Assembly (NCBI GenBank): GCA_963833985.1
Contig: CAWIAD010000001.1
Coordinates: forward strand, 1,504,001 to 1,568,000
Source: an uncultured Planctomycetaceae bacterium
GTDB taxonomy: Bacteria; Planctomycetota; Planctomycetia; Isosphaerales; Isosphaeraceae
Reading direction: 5' to 3'
Length of the DNA stretch: 64,000 bases
Made by a program: the position numbers and the translations under genes. Positions 30,741 to 42,434 of the stretch are shown piece after piece; position 1 is the stretch's first letter; each line of letters begins with the position of its first letter. The notes beneath the pieces are model-generated. The model did not search any database, had not been told where the DNA came from, and saw nothing but the letters and a program-made list of their open reading frames with translations.

Positions 30741-32020
30741 TCACGCCGTGGCCGCGTCGAGCGGGCTGCGCCACACGGGTTGTAGCGGGAACAAGACACG
30801 GGCGGCGTCAATCGCTGTCGCGGTCGATGCAGCGAACCCGTCCTCACCGGCCAGTGAGTCGACGCTGGCATGGCCCATGAGCAGCCGCACGAGACTTTGC
30901 GGCGCGAGTGTCAGATGTCTCCGGCTCAGCTTGTCTGGCTCGACGCGCGAGCCTTTCAGGTCGACGTGCAGCATCCAGCGCTGATCCTCGGTGGTGATGC
31001 CGAGCTCCAGGGGCAGCGCGCAGCCGGCGGCCGAGGCACGCCGGGTCAGTTCGGGAAGGATGGACTTCAAGAACCTGCCCGGGTCGGCAATGTGGTACAT
31101 GGACACGCTCGGGTCGGCATTTTCCTGGTCGACCAGGCGGCCGGACGCGGCGAGGAACGCCTCGATGGCCGGGTGGTTCGAAGGCGCATGAACGGTGACC
31201 TGAGGATAGGCGCGCTCCAGCGCCTCGGCGCGCACCCGGCCCAGCAGGGACTTGAGCGCTTGCGGATGCGCCGGGTCCGAGGCGATCTCGAGGATCTTGT
31301 GGTCTTTCACGAAGGCGTAGCCGCGCACGGTCTCTCCCTGGCAGGCCACCCAGATCACGTGCGCATACCGGCGGCCGATCAGCCAGCGCCAGCATTCCTC
31401 GGAACGAATCACCGTTCCGGTGACGTCCGCAAACTGTTTCTCGTACAAGGACATCAGGTCGGCAAGCTCGACCTGGCGCCAGGGCGCACATGCCAGAACC
31501 CGGCGCGGCCCTCGATGAGCCCGTCGCTGACCTGGGGCAAGTTGCGGCTGAGCGCCCGCGCGTAGGTCTGCCGCCCGCAAACGCCCCAGCCGAGCGGACG
31601 GTAGAACTGGGGCATTCCCGTGGTCAAGGCCTGTAACGAGTGGTTGGTGGCCCGCGCCCGCTCGTCCGCCAGACGCAACAGGTTCTGTGCGAACCCGAGT
31701 CCGCGAAATTCCGGGAGCGTCCCCACCCACATGACGCCGTTCAGTGGAATCGCGGTGCAGCCGTAACGGATCTCGCGTTCCGTGAGGTGCGCGTGACTCA
31801 CAACCCGACCGTCTACCTTGGCCAGCAAACGCTGCTCGGGCCGGTAAGCCGGGTCACTGAGCGCCCCCAGGAACGATTCGCGATCCGGACCGTGGAAGAC
31901 GTGGAGCAGCGTCTGGTAGACGGCTTCATGGTCGGCCTCGGTGCCAAGACTGTACTCGACGGAGCCGCGGCGAAACGGCAAACGAATCGCCGACGTTGGG
32001 ACTTTCATCGGGGCGACCAT
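30741..32020 (-). CDS. Eis-like GNAT acetyltransferase; frameshift near 31485
   Basis: VMWVGTLPEFRGLGFAQNLL and FYRPLGW, then a second GNAT-like region and an SCP2-like tail (LVRLLMGHAS) in the next frame. Confidence 0.8.
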
Positions 32021-32254
32021 TCTGGGAACGCGCCGCGCGGGGCGGGGACTGTCAGCCGAAGACCACGAAGATCCAACGCGACTCATCACGCAACGCCTTT
32101 TCGTATTGTACGGGCTGTTAAGTGGCTATGCCTCAACCTATTCCACCACACCCAGGAGTTTTTCGCCGAACCGACACTCAGTTCCACAAGTTGAAAGTGT
32201 AATTGGATGCCCGCGAGCATCCATCTCGGGGCCAGACCGTAGCGATATGGACGC

Positions 32255-33876
32255 TCAGGGCTGGATATCCCGGCTCAATTCCATCATTGATTTGTGCAAG
32301 CGTTGTGCCGAATGAACCACGAACGAGTATTCGCGGCTACGAGCCAGGCGATTCCAGCGTAAATCTTCTATTAGCCGGGACTTGGATTGCTCAAGCGACG
32401 CGAGTTTCGGCTTCATGAGAGGCTCCAGAGCCTGGTTCAGACCACGGATTTTCTGGAACCGGCCGATTCGTTCAGCCCGACTGCCGGGTTCTGCGCAATG
32501 GCTTCCTGTTTCTCCTTCATCACCTTACGAACCTCCGGCGCCAGTGGTTCGCTCAGATGACGGTCGGGATTGAAGAGCAGATCGCGGATTTCTCGATTGA
32601 TGGATGCAAGCTGGCCCGGGCTGGCAGCCTGATCGGGGACGCCCGGCCAGGCCGTGAGCGAGAGTGTGAGGAATTCCGGTGGCTGCACGCCGAAGAACCG
32701 GCGGGCGATGATGTCTCCCAGCTCATCGTACTTGGCTCCCCCGATCCCGTGGATGAATAAATCGCCCAGCAAGTAGCGGCAGAACATCGTCGTCGTCAGC
32801 GCCCTGGTGCGCAGGCGAATCGAACGGCCGGCAAGCTCGCGCAGCCGCTCCACGGCGCAGCACGCCTCCCGGCCGGGAGTCAGCGGCAGCTCGAGGAACG
32901 GTTCATCCTCGCTGGCGATCCGTAGCCACATCGTGCGCGAACCCTGACGCACCAGGAGCGGCCGGCGGCGAGGCTGACCCGCGCGCCAGACCCAGAACGG
33001 CGCTTCCCGCCACTCGCCCTGGGAGGCGAGCGCGGACACGGGATGGTTCTTGCTGCGGATGTGGTAGAGCGACCGGTACTCCGCCAGCGCGTCGTTGTGG
33101 ATTTGCTGGAACCGCGGAAGCTGCGCCAGCAGATGCGAGGCAAACCACAGGAAACCATCGGTTTGACAGACACGACTGAGGGGGATTTCCAGGTTCTGGA
33201 TTCCCCACTCACTTTCCAGTCCGCGTCGCGCCAGGGCCGTCCGCAGCCCCAGGGGCAGGTTCCTGTCCTGGCGCAGGACGCGGGGCCAGAACCCGGCGAT
33301 GATCGGATCGGCGATGAGTCCGTCCAGAGCCCGCTGGACACGGACGCCAAAAGTCGCAAAATGCGCCTCATCATGGACGGCGAGGTCCTCATAGGGCATC
33401 TCGCCTTCCCAGTGATCAAAGTCGATTCGCGAGGCGTGCAAACGGCCTTGCTGCATGGTGGGAACCCGAATGGACGCCGACTTGGGAAGGTCGTTGTCAA
33501 CGATCAGGTTCAGGCCCATGCCGCCGTGGGCCCTGGCAATGGCAGCCGTGGCGAAGTTCTTGACCCAGACACCGGGGTGGAACAGCTCGGGCTGGTGACC
33601 CGTCACCACCAGCGGCGTGACGACTTGGTCGCCTGCGCAGGGAGCCTCTCCCGGAACATCCAGGCCATGGCCCCGGAGAAACTCACAGGCCGCGACCATG
33701 ACCTCATGGTGGACCATCGGGCGCAGCAAGCTCGCCCGGCGGCCCTGGAAATCATGATCCCAGCCGCTCAGCATGGCGGCACTGCGTGTGAAGAGGGCGC
33801 GGACCTCGGCAAGAGGCGGCACCGCCAGCAGGCCGCCATCGTGTGAGGGAGCCCGCAGGCGATGCCCAGTCTTCAT
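32255..33876 (-). CDS. Conserved hypothetical protein with a possible BshC-like fold; frameshift near 32485
   Basis: VVTGHQPELFHPGVWVKN, LIVDND, EAPFWVW and FIHGIGGAKYD. The shifted frame extends via a coiled coil and SREYSF to TGA at 32255. ATGA overlap with the GT2 gene. Confidence 0.6.
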
Positions 33877-34592
33877 CCCCGACATCCTCCGGCGACTTCG
33901 AGCCCCGCCCTGGCCAGCGCGTCCTGGAGAACCTTCTTGTAGTGCTTCAGCCGGAACGACGAGTCGTCCAGTGCACCGCCGAAGGCACGTGACTCGTCCA
34001 GATAGATGAGCGGTACCGGAACCTCGAGGATCGACAGGCCGTGCCGGACCGCCTGCACCCACACCTCCAGCGGCATGGCGTAGCCGAGGTCCGTGATCTC
34101 GAAGACCTCGAGGGCGGCCCTGCGATACGCCTTGAAGCCGCAGAACGCGTCGGTGAGATTGAGATTCAGGCATTCGTTCAGCCAGCGGGTCACCTCGATG
34201 TTAATGCGGCGCCGGTCCTCCGGCGGTTGCTGGGCCGCGTCAAAGACACGCAGGTACCGGCTTCCCGAAACGATGTCGGCCTCGGCCAGCCGCTCGGCCA
34301 GGTGGGGAATGAGGGCGGGTTCGTGCTGACCGTCGCAGTCCAGCGTGACCAGTCCATCATAGCCGCCCTCGACGGCGAAACGGAACGCCGTACGCAAACC
34401 TGCGCCATAGCCCAGGTTGCGGGGGTGGCGGATGACCCGGACGCCGCCGATCCCGCGCAGCAGATCGGGCGTTCGGTCAGTTGAGCCGTCATCCACAACA
34501 AGGATCTCGCTGGCATAGCGCTTGACCTCGCGGAGCACGCCGTCGAGATACTTTTCCTCATTGTGAACCGGGATGGCGGTGAGAATTTTCAT
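33873..34592 (-). CDS. Glycosyltransferase family 2 (DPM1-like)
   Basis: IPVHNEE, VVDDGSTDRT, NLGYGAGL, TLDCDGQH, VSGSRY and TDAFCGFKAY. Confidence 0.92.
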   Translation of the reverse strand: MKILTAIPVHNEEKYLDGVLREVKRYASEILVVDDGSTDRTPDLLRGIGGVRVIRHPRNLGYGAGLRTAFRFAVEGGYDGLVTLDCDGQHEPALIPHLAERLAEADIVSGSRYLRVFDAAQQPPEDRRRINIEVTRWLNECLNLNLTDAFCGFKAYRRAALEVFEITDLGYAMPLEVWVQAVRHGLSILEVPVPLIYLDESRAFGGALDDSSFRLKHYKKVLQDALARAGLEVAGGCRG

Positions 34593-34671
34593 GGCTCTGG
34601 TGCGCGGTTCGGTGGACGTACTTCCTGTGGGCGATGGATGGTCCGCGAGGCCGTATTCACACGACCTACGC

Positions 34672-34699
34672 ATTCTAGGTGGAGCGCCTGGGAAGTCAA
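34672..34699 (-). promoter_or_regulatory. Putative sigma70 promoter for the GT2 operon
   Basis: The minus strand reads TTGACT-N16-TAGAAT, about 80 nt upstream of the GT2 ATG. Confidence 0.6.
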
Positions 34700-35015
34700 C
34701 GAGGGGGGCACTCCGGAAACATGGTTGCTTGCATGGACCTCGCGGTGAGTCGCTGATGCGGGACCGGACACATGGGCCGGCGCTTGTACTCTGGAGCCTG
34801 TGGCGGCAAATGCGGCGTGGCCGGGCTTGATCATCGCCATGAACCGGAGCATCAGGGCCCGCACCGGCCGTTCGCGGCCCCTGGGGGCACCGCCGAGACC
34901 CCTTGACCGGACTGCTTACCGGCCCCTAGCATAAAGATTCCATTCCGGCTTCACCGCGATTGACGGTCGAAGCGCAATACATGCTGTCTTGATTATAACA
35001 ATCGGCTTGACACAG

Positions 35016-38000
35016 ATGACTCAACCTGAAGAAACCGCGCCAGTTCCGGACGATGAAGCCCGTCGCAGTCGCGCTGCTGCCGATGCGGCAACGGCAACGG
35101 CGATCACGGGTGCCGAAGCCAGCCCGCAGGCCGAGACGGAGCCCGAGCCCGAGCCCGAACCATGGACCCCGGAGCGGGTGAGCGAATGGAATGCCTATTA
35201 TGACATCTACGTGATGCTCGCCGTGCTGCTGCTGGCTTTCGTGGTCTCGGCAGTACGCGTGGACGAGAACAATCCGCTGCTCTGGTCGCACCTGAAGACT
35301 GGCGAGCTCACGGCGCAGCAAGGTTCTCCGGTTGTCACCGATTCATTCTCCTATTCCGAGACCGGGGCGCGGTGGGTGAACATTCCCTGGCTCTTTCAGT
35401 GGTCGCACGCAACCATCTTTCGCCTGGTGCGCGACCTGATCCCCTCCGATCAGAACGATCCCACGGCCAACCTGGCCTCCGCGGAGCAACTGGCGGTCGG
35501 TGTGCTGATCGGCCTGAACGCGCTGGTGCGGCTGCTGACGGCTCTGATGCTGATGAAGATCCGCCGCCCCGGCCCGGGATTGTGGTGGTCGGCCGTGTGC
35601 GTTGCGGTGGCCTTGGGCGCGGTCCTGGGGCCTGCCGGCGTGCTGCCGGGCGGAGTCGCCGGGCCGGGCATCGTGGCTCCATCCACCTGGGGAATTCTCT
35701 TTCTGGCCGTCGAGATGTTGCTTCTGCACCGCGCCCACAACGAGAACCGCCGTATCTCGCAACAGGCACTTATTCCGCTGTTCCTGGTGTGGGCCAACCT
35801 GGACGAATCGTTCTTCGCGGGGCTTCTGGTCCTGGCGGCCGCCGTGGTGGGCCGGCTCCTCGACCGCAACACGGCGCTGGGCGCGGTCGTTCCATCGCCG
35901 GCGAGCCCGGCGGCCAACGGTCGAACGACTGACGATGAGAAAGCGATAGCCCGGATACGGCCGGTGACTGCGGCTTCCGGTCTGATCGTGCTGACACTGT
36001 GCGTGGCAGTCTGCTTGATCAACCCATCCTGGCACCGCGTCTTCTCGACCGCGCTCTCGCCGTTCGTCTCGCTCTTCTCCAGCAAGGGCGAACTGCACTT
36101 CAGCGAAATCTCTTACTTCGGCAAGCAGATCCAGAAGCAATTCCCCAACGACTGGTACTACTTCACCATCTTTTACGTGCTGCTGGTGGCGTTCGGCCTC
36201 AGCTCATTCTTGCTGAACGCGCGCCGGTTCACCTGGAGCCGTTTCCTGCCATTCGCGCTCATGGCGATTCTGTGGGCGATCTTCATGGGATTCCGGCAGG
36301 AGTATGCGGTGGTGTTTGCCGCGGTCACCGCCCTCAACGGGCAGGAATGGTATCACGACCGGTTTGGCACCCAGGGCCGGCTTGGCTTCTGGCCGACGCT
36401 CTGGTCCACGGGCGGCCGGCTGGTCACACTGGGGATCCTCTTCTTCTGCGTGAGCGTGGCGATCACGGGGTACGGGCGGCTACCCGACGAGCCCCGCTTT
36501 GGTTTCTCGTACAATCCGAACGATTTTGCCTTCGAGGCCGCCGAGTACCTGGCCCGGCAGCAGGACATCCGTGGCAACATCCTGAACACGACCTCGGCCC
36601 AGGGCGACGCGATCATCTGGAAGGCCTACCCGGCGCGGCGCACGTTCGTGGACGGCCGCACGGTGTTCAGCGACGAAACACGCGAGGAGCTGCGGCGCAT
36701 GCGGGTCGCCATCCGGGACGACGCCGTGGCTGAATGGAAGCCGATGCTCGACCGCTACGACATCAGCGCCGTGATGCTTGATCTGTCGAGCGTGAGCGGG
36801 GCCGTGGAAACCTACAAGCGGTTGACTGGAAGCCCGAACTGGATTCCGTTCTACGACGACGGCCGGGTGGTCATGTTCGGCCGGGCCGACGCCCATGAGC
36901 CGGACCTGGCCACCTTCAAGACCAACCGGCTCGTGCCCGAGCTGCGGGCCTATCGAGTGCCTCAGACCATTCCCGCTGCCGATCGTCCCCCCACGCCGAC
37001 GTCCTGGATCGACGACATCTTTCAGAACCGCCTGGCGGTCCGGCCCCAGCCCCACACCAACGCGGCAATCCGCTGGCTGCAAGGCGGGAACCTGGAAGGC
37101 GAGCAGCCCACGCTGCCGGACCCCGCGCGTTGCCTGCTCGCGATCCGCGAGGCGCGCACCGCGCTTGCCAGGAACCCGGACGACTGGATGGCCTACCGCC
37201 TGCTCGATGCCGCTTACCGCTTCCTGTCGCAGTCGGAAACCGCCATCCTCGCCGGCATTCCGCTGGACAGGCAGAACCAGGCCCGGATCGCGGCGCTGTC
37301 GCCCAACATCGACCTGCTCTCGATGCGTTTCAAGCAGCGTGTCGCCGCGCTCAGTTACGCCATTCTCACGACTCCTCCACCCAAGACCCCGGAAGCCCGG
37401 CGCGATGCTCCAGGGCCTGAACATGGAGCTCTTCCAGCAGTTTTACCGGGCCGGGTATCTCGACCTGGCGCGGGACCGGCTACAGTTGTTCGTCGACCAG
37501 ATCCAGCCGGGTGACTTTGCCACTGCCGAGACCGAATCGCAGTACCGGCAGCAGCTCGAACAGCTCAACGAGCGGGTCAAGCAGGTGGAAGAGAAGCTCA
37601 TGGACCTGCAAGTCGAGCGCCAGGCCGGTCCCATCGAGAAGGCGATGGCCGCGCGTTCTCAGGGTGCTCCGGGGCTGGCGATCGGCGAGCTCGAGGAGGC
37701 GAACCGTGGCAACATGAGCCCCATGGTCGTCAGGCCGCAGCTTCTGGACCTGTATTGCCAGACCGGACAGCCGGACCGGGCGTACGAGCTGATGTCGATG
37801 ACGGCCAGCGAGGACCCCAACCTGGGGACCGAGCCGGGGACGTCGTTCATGAGGCAAGGCGAGGTCTACTTCCTGATGGGCAACTACGCCACCGCGGCCT
37901 CGCTCTGGCAAGAGCGCGCCATTCCACGAGTGCGGTACGACCGTACCCTGCGTGCTTTGACGCTGGGCCAGCTACTGACTCGTGGCGAGCTCACCCAGAC

Positions 38001-38364
38001 AGTCAACATCAACCTGGTGTTGCCCACGCTGCTGAACCGCCAGGCGTTCTGGGAGTTCGACCTTGCCCTGTGCCACCTGGAGTCAGGCGCTCCGGATAAG
38101 GCCGCGGAGTACTTCACACACGCCTTGAAGATTGTTCCGGATCTCGGCCTCAGGCCTTTGATCGCGTACTACCTCGAGAAACTCGGTAAGCCGGTACCCG
38201 CGCTGCCAAAGTCGAAAGCCGAGTCGGCCGGGGGACGGCCCGCCGGGCGCATCGAATCCCTGATGCCGGGCATCGTGCCGGAGCCGGCGGTGACGGCGCC
38301 CGCGACGACACCACCGACGAAGCCCGGCCCCGACGCTCCGGCAGAGTCGAAGAAAAAGCCCTGA
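35016..38364 (+). CDS. Polytopic membrane protein (GT-C-like N-terminal region) with C-terminal TPR region; frameshift near 37407
   Basis: WSHLKTGE..DSFSY..WVNIPWLF, VWANLDESF, many TM helices and FVDGRT. TPR-like helices continue in ORF 36895..38364. Confidence 0.7.
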
Positions 38365-38471
38365 GATCCGGGATTCACGGCAAGCGATACGTGGTGCAAG
38401 GCCGCAAGCCTGCAATCCAGGAATGGCTCCCCAGCAGAAGCCTCGCTCGCCTCGGGCGCCGCGATTCCGCC

Positions 38472-39176
38472 TCAGGGGGTGATGAGCACCACATTGTCAA
38501 CCTGGCAGACCACGTCCTGGAAGTCATCATTCGTCGAGTACTCCCAGCCGATCAGGTAGCTGTTGGGGATGATCTTGCCTGTCGCCTTGTCACGATTCGG
38601 ATAGATCATGGCCTTGTACGGCTGCCGCGCCAGTCGCTTGTTGACGCGGGCCACCAGTGCAGGCTCGGTAAAGACGCCACCATCCCGAAAATCGTCGTTC
38701 GAGACCCAGAGCCCAAACGGGGCATCGCCAGGCTCAAAGCGAGTCTGAGCCCCGGCCTCCAGGGGCGGAGGCAGGTGGTTGCCCGTCTTCAGATCGTCGG
38801 CGGTGTTCTTGTAGGTATAAGTCCAGATCTCCGTTTTCCTGGGCTCGCCGCCGTCCCGGGAAGGGACGTACCAGCCGCCGCGATTCCTGGTCGTCAGCCC
38901 GAGCGCGATCACAGGCACGTAGACGACCGGCCCTGGGCCGGCCTTCCGGAACAGGCCCGGTGTCGCCGCGGGAGTCGCGGTCACGGGATTGCACAGATCG
39001 CCAAAAAGCGAGAGTCCGTAGCGTTCAGCGAGGATGACCTTCCAGTCGGGCTCGTCGGGCCCGGGGCTGATCCTGGGCTGTTGGGATGTCTGGGCTGACG
39101 CTTCGCCGGGCACCAGGCCGGCGAGTATGGTCAAGCCACAAGCGAGCAGGCACCATCGTCGATCGGGCGCTGGCAT
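38472..39176 (-). CDS. Hypothetical exported protein
   Basis: Signal peptide (..GEASAQ) and a C-terminal YLIGWEYSTNDDFQDVV resembling DUF4114-like tails. Confidence 0.6.
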   Translation of the reverse strand: MPAPDRRWCLLACGLTILAGLVPGEASAQTSQQPRISPGPDEPDWKVILAERYGLSLFGDLCNPVTATPAATPGLFRKAGPGPVVYVPVIALGLTTRNRGGWYVPSRDGGEPRKTEIWTYTYKNTADDLKTGNHLPPPLEAGAQTRFEPGDAPFGLWVSNDDFRDGGVFTEPALVARVNKRLARQPYKAMIYPNRDKATGKIIPNSYLIGWEYSTNDDFQDVVCQVDNVVLITP

Positions 39177-39272
39177 GGCGATTCTCCCTGAGCCGTGACG
39201 GGGACCGCTGCGTGAGTTCGAGGGACGATTCTCCCTCTCACCCTACCACGATCCTGTACCCCGAGGCGGCAT

Positions 39273-42200
39273 TCAAGACGCCAGGCCGGAGGGATGATTC
39301 CCGGCCTCCGTGGTGAGCCGGGCACGGGGACGGAGACCGCTCAGAACCGCGAGGAGCACGGCGGCCACGAGACCGCCCATGGTGATTCGCCAGCCGAGTC
39401 GAAACGAGCCCGGGTCGTAGCGGAAGACAAGCGTATGCCGGCCCGCTTCCACGGCGGCACCGCGCATCACCCGGTTGACCTTGTAAATCGGCGCGGGCTT
39501 GCCGTCGATCGACAGCTTCCAGCCGGGATAGTAAGTGTCGGCAAGCACGACCATCCCCGGCGATTCCAGCCGTGCCTTCAGCACCGCCTGCCGCGGTGTG
39601 GGGTAGCTGACCTGGACGGTCTCGGTCGGCAGCGGAGGCTTGCCGCTGAGGAACTGGCGCAAGTTCAGCCGGTCCTCGGAATCGATCCAGGCCAGCCTCC
39701 GCGGGTCGAAGACCGAGAGCGCGCTATCGTGCCAGATCGGGTCGTCGTCGTAGAGGATCTCCTGCATGGGCCCACCTTGCTGAAGCTTCGTCAGCTCGTC
39801 CAGCCGGGGGAGCGGCCGCGAGTCGTGCACCACCCAGGCGCGCGGATAGGCCTTGCGATTGCGGCGGATCTGATAGTCCGACGTTTCGACCCATGCCTTC
39901 ATTTCCTGCTCCCGCGCCTCCTGGAAGAGCTCGGGAGACGGGTAGACGAGCTCGGTCTCGTGCAGGAACGCGGCATAGCCGCGGTTCTCGTCCTGCCAGC
40001 CGTTGGGATAGACCGGTAGAACGAAGTAACGCGTGGTCCACATGTCGAACGATCGCCGCGGAAAATAGACCACTTGCTGGCCCGGGGTGGCCTTGAGCGC
40101 CTGGGCCACCTGATCGCGCAGCGTGAAGCGGAAGCCCGAGAAGAGCCATTCGTAATCGAAGAGTTCCGCCACTCCCAGCGTGTGCGTGTAGGCCAAGCCT
40201 TCCGTGATGCCGTACTTTGGCTGAAGCGTCGCGCGTTCCCAGGCCACAAAGTCGCGCACGGGATCTCGCGATGCGGTGCTGAACCAGGACGGCGGGTTCC
40301 AGAGCGGCATCCGGTGAACGCGGAAGGGACCGGGTGCAGGTTGCTGGAGCTCGGCGTCACGGATGTTCCGCAGCACGGCCGGTTCGTCTTCGAACAGGGA
40401 TTGCGGCACCGTCAGGACGTACCGCGCATTCGCGACGGCAAGGTCGGTGCTCACGGCCACAATCGTCAAAAGGCCGGCCAGGAACGGGCGTTTTGAGCCC
40501 ACGACAAGGACGACCAGGGCAACTGCCAGCACTGCCGCGCCGTGGGTCAGGGCCCGCGCCAGCTCGAAAAACCCAGCCTCCGGGTCAAGTGGCCCGAAGC
40601 TGGATGCGATTTTCTTGACCGACATCGCTTCGATGATCGACTGGTGATGCCAGAACACGGCGGCGAGGATCCCGAGCGAGAGCAGTAACAGGATGGCAGC
40701 CAGCGCGGTGATGCCGCGATGTCGCCGCACGCGGAGCGAATCGCAGCCGATCCCCGCCAGGGCGGCCAGGCCAAAGGTCGTGAATGTGAACAGCTTGGCG
40801 GGGTAGCGGAACTGGCGGAAGCCGGGCAGGACCGTGGTGAGCCACCAGTAGACGCTGCCATCGCCGTCGCGCAGATAGCCGTCCTGGCGAATGGGCGTGG
40901 GATCGGTGATCTCCAGCGGGCCGAGGTCCGGCAACGAAACGCCGCGGGCCTGTGCCGCCATCCGCGTGGCCCAGATCGGGCTGGTGTATTGCCCCAGGCT
41001 GCCCACCAGGCTGATGGCCACGATGCCCGATAGCCAGACCTGGCGCGCTGGACCACGGCGGAAGCGCAGAGATGATGCGGCGAAGAGCAGGGCCAGGCCG
41101 CCGATGTAGAGCGAAGGCACCCAGATCGTCTGTCTCATTCCCGGGATCTGGGCCACGTCCACCCAGTACGAATTCCGACCGAAGCTGAGGCCGAAGACGC
41201 TGGGCCAGATGAGCTCGGCCAGCCGTTGCGGCTCGATGCTGAATGGGTAGATGTTATGCGGCCCATCGCCGGCGGCCCGCGAGGTGAGCTGGGTGAACTC
41301 GAGCACCGGGAGCAACTGAGCCGCGGCCAGAGCCGACGCCAGCACGGCCGACCCCAGCAGCCCGAGTATGGTCCATCCCAGGCGAGCCTGCCAGCGCCTT
41401 CTGCGCCAGCGTTCCAGCAGCACCAGCCCCAGAAGACACCAGGCCGCCAGCACGACCCGGGGCGCGTACACCATCCAGGGCAGCGCGGGCGCCGGCTTCC
41501 CGGGGGGCCGGTACCTGGGAAGCAACTCGGCCAGGAAAACGGTGCCGGCGGCCCATGCGGCCAGTCCCAGCACGACCGCGGCCCATAGCCTCCAGGAAAA
41601 CCTGCTTCGGTCCGGCTGGGCGCGCATCGCGTGGTCGATGTTCGCAGCCGCTGGTCTGCGCCGGCCATGGGCGAGCAATGCATAGCCGCACCCGCAGAGG
41701 CCCAGCAGGTAGGCCGCCTGAGGGTCACCGCCCAGGGTTTGCATGGCCAGCACGATGGCCAGAAGCAGCAGTGCCGGCCGGCTTCCCGTGCGCACCCAGC
41801 GGTCGATGGCCAGGAACCCGAGCGGCAGCCAGGCCGCACCGACAAGGTAAATGATATTGCAGTACTGGAAGAGGATCGGCACGCCGAACGTGTAGGTGAG
41901 TGCAGCAACCCCCGCGCCCGGCCAGCTTACCTGCCAGGACCGGAGTGCCAGGAGCATTGCCGCGAACCCCAGGGCCACGTGCGCCAGGATGTAGATGCGA
42001 GCGGCCCAGGCGTAGGGAAGGACCGCGTAGATCAGCTTGCCCGGATAGAGCACGGCCGCCGTCGGGTTTCCCAGGAGCGGCATGCCGCCATTCTCCTCGG
42101 GTTCCCAGAGCGGCCAGCGGCCTTGCTGCCACTCGGTCTGCACACGCTGGTAGAGCGGGTAGTAAAAGTGGCCCGCATCACGGTAGCCGAACTGGCCGCC

Positions 42201-42290
42201 TCCCCAGAGCGCCGCGCCGAAGCAAATGAGAAACAGGGCGCAGAACGCAACGGCAACGAAGGCGAGGAATACCCAGCGGTGACGATCCAT
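39273..42290 (-). CDS. YfhO family membrane protein (GT-C-like)
   Basis: RDAGHFYYP, PLWEPEENGGMPLLGNP, FRYPAK and a C-terminal LADTYYPGWKLSIDG...VNRVMRG...FRYDP. Confidence 0.85.
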   Translation of the reverse strand: MDRHRWVFLAFVAVAFCALFLICFGAALWGGGQFGYRDAGHFYYPLYQRVQTEWQQGRWPLWEPEENGGMPLLGNPTAAVLYPGKLIYAVLPYAWAARIYILAHVALGFAAMLLALRSWQVSWPGAGVAALTYTFGVPILFQYCNIIYLVGAAWLPLGFLAIDRWVRTGSRPALLLLAIVLAMQTLGGDPQAAYLLGLCGCGYALLAHGRRRPAAANIDHAMRAQPDRSRFSWRLWAAVVLGLAAWAAGTVFLAELLPRYRPPGKPAPALPWMVYAPRVVLAAWCLLGLVLLERWRRRRWQARLGWTILGLLGSAVLASALAAAQLLPVLEFTQLTSRAAGDGPHNIYPFSIEPQRLAELIWPSVFGLSFGRNSYWVDVAQIPGMRQTIWVPSLYIGGLALLFAASSLRFRRGPARQVWLSGIVAISLVGSLGQYTSPIWATRMAAQARGVSLPDLGPLEITDPTPIRQDGYLRDGDGSVYWWLTTVLPGFRQFRYPAKLFTFTTFGLAALAGIGCDSLRVRRHRGITALAAILLLLSLGILAAVFWHHQSIIEAMSVKKIASSFGPLDPEAGFFELARALTHGAAVLAVALVVLVVGSKRPFLAGLLTIVAVSTDLAVANARYVLTVPQSLFEDEPAVLRNIRDAELQQPAPGPFRVHRMPLWNPPSWFSTASRDPVRDFVAWERATLQPKYGITEGLAYTHTLGVAELFDYEWLFSGFRFTLRDQVAQALKATPGQQVVYFPRRSFDMWTTRYFVLPVYPNGWQDENRGYAAFLHETELVYPSPELFQEAREQEMKAWVETSDYQIRRNRKAYPRAWVVHDSRPLPRLDELTKLQQGGPMQEILYDDDPIWHDSALSVFDPRRLAWIDSEDRLNLRQFLSGKPPLPTETVQVSYPTPRQAVLKARLESPGMVVLADTYYPGWKLSIDGKPAPIYKVNRVMRGAAVEAGRHTLVFRYDPGSFRLGWRITMGGLVAAVLLAVLSGLRPRARLTTEAGNHPSGLAS

Positions 42291-42345
42291 GAATCTCCCC
42301 GGTGGAGCGGAGCGGAGCGGAGCGGTTGCGCGACTGCGCGGAAAG

Positions 42346-42375
42346 GGCCCGATGATCGGTCATAATCATCGGGCC
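42346..42375. terminator. Hairpin between the peroxidase and YfhO genes
   Basis: ggcccgatgat-N8-atcatcgggcc forms an 11-bp perfect stem; no clear U-tract. Confidence 0.45.
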
Positions 42376-42434
42376 GCTCTCATGTCCAGGCGGATTCCGC
42401 GAGACGAACGTCCCCGGAGCCGTGGCGACGCCGC

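Noticed and set aside
35131..35165. gagccc repeats as a regulatory repeat
   Set aside because: They encode an ordinary EPEPEPEP low-complexity linker.
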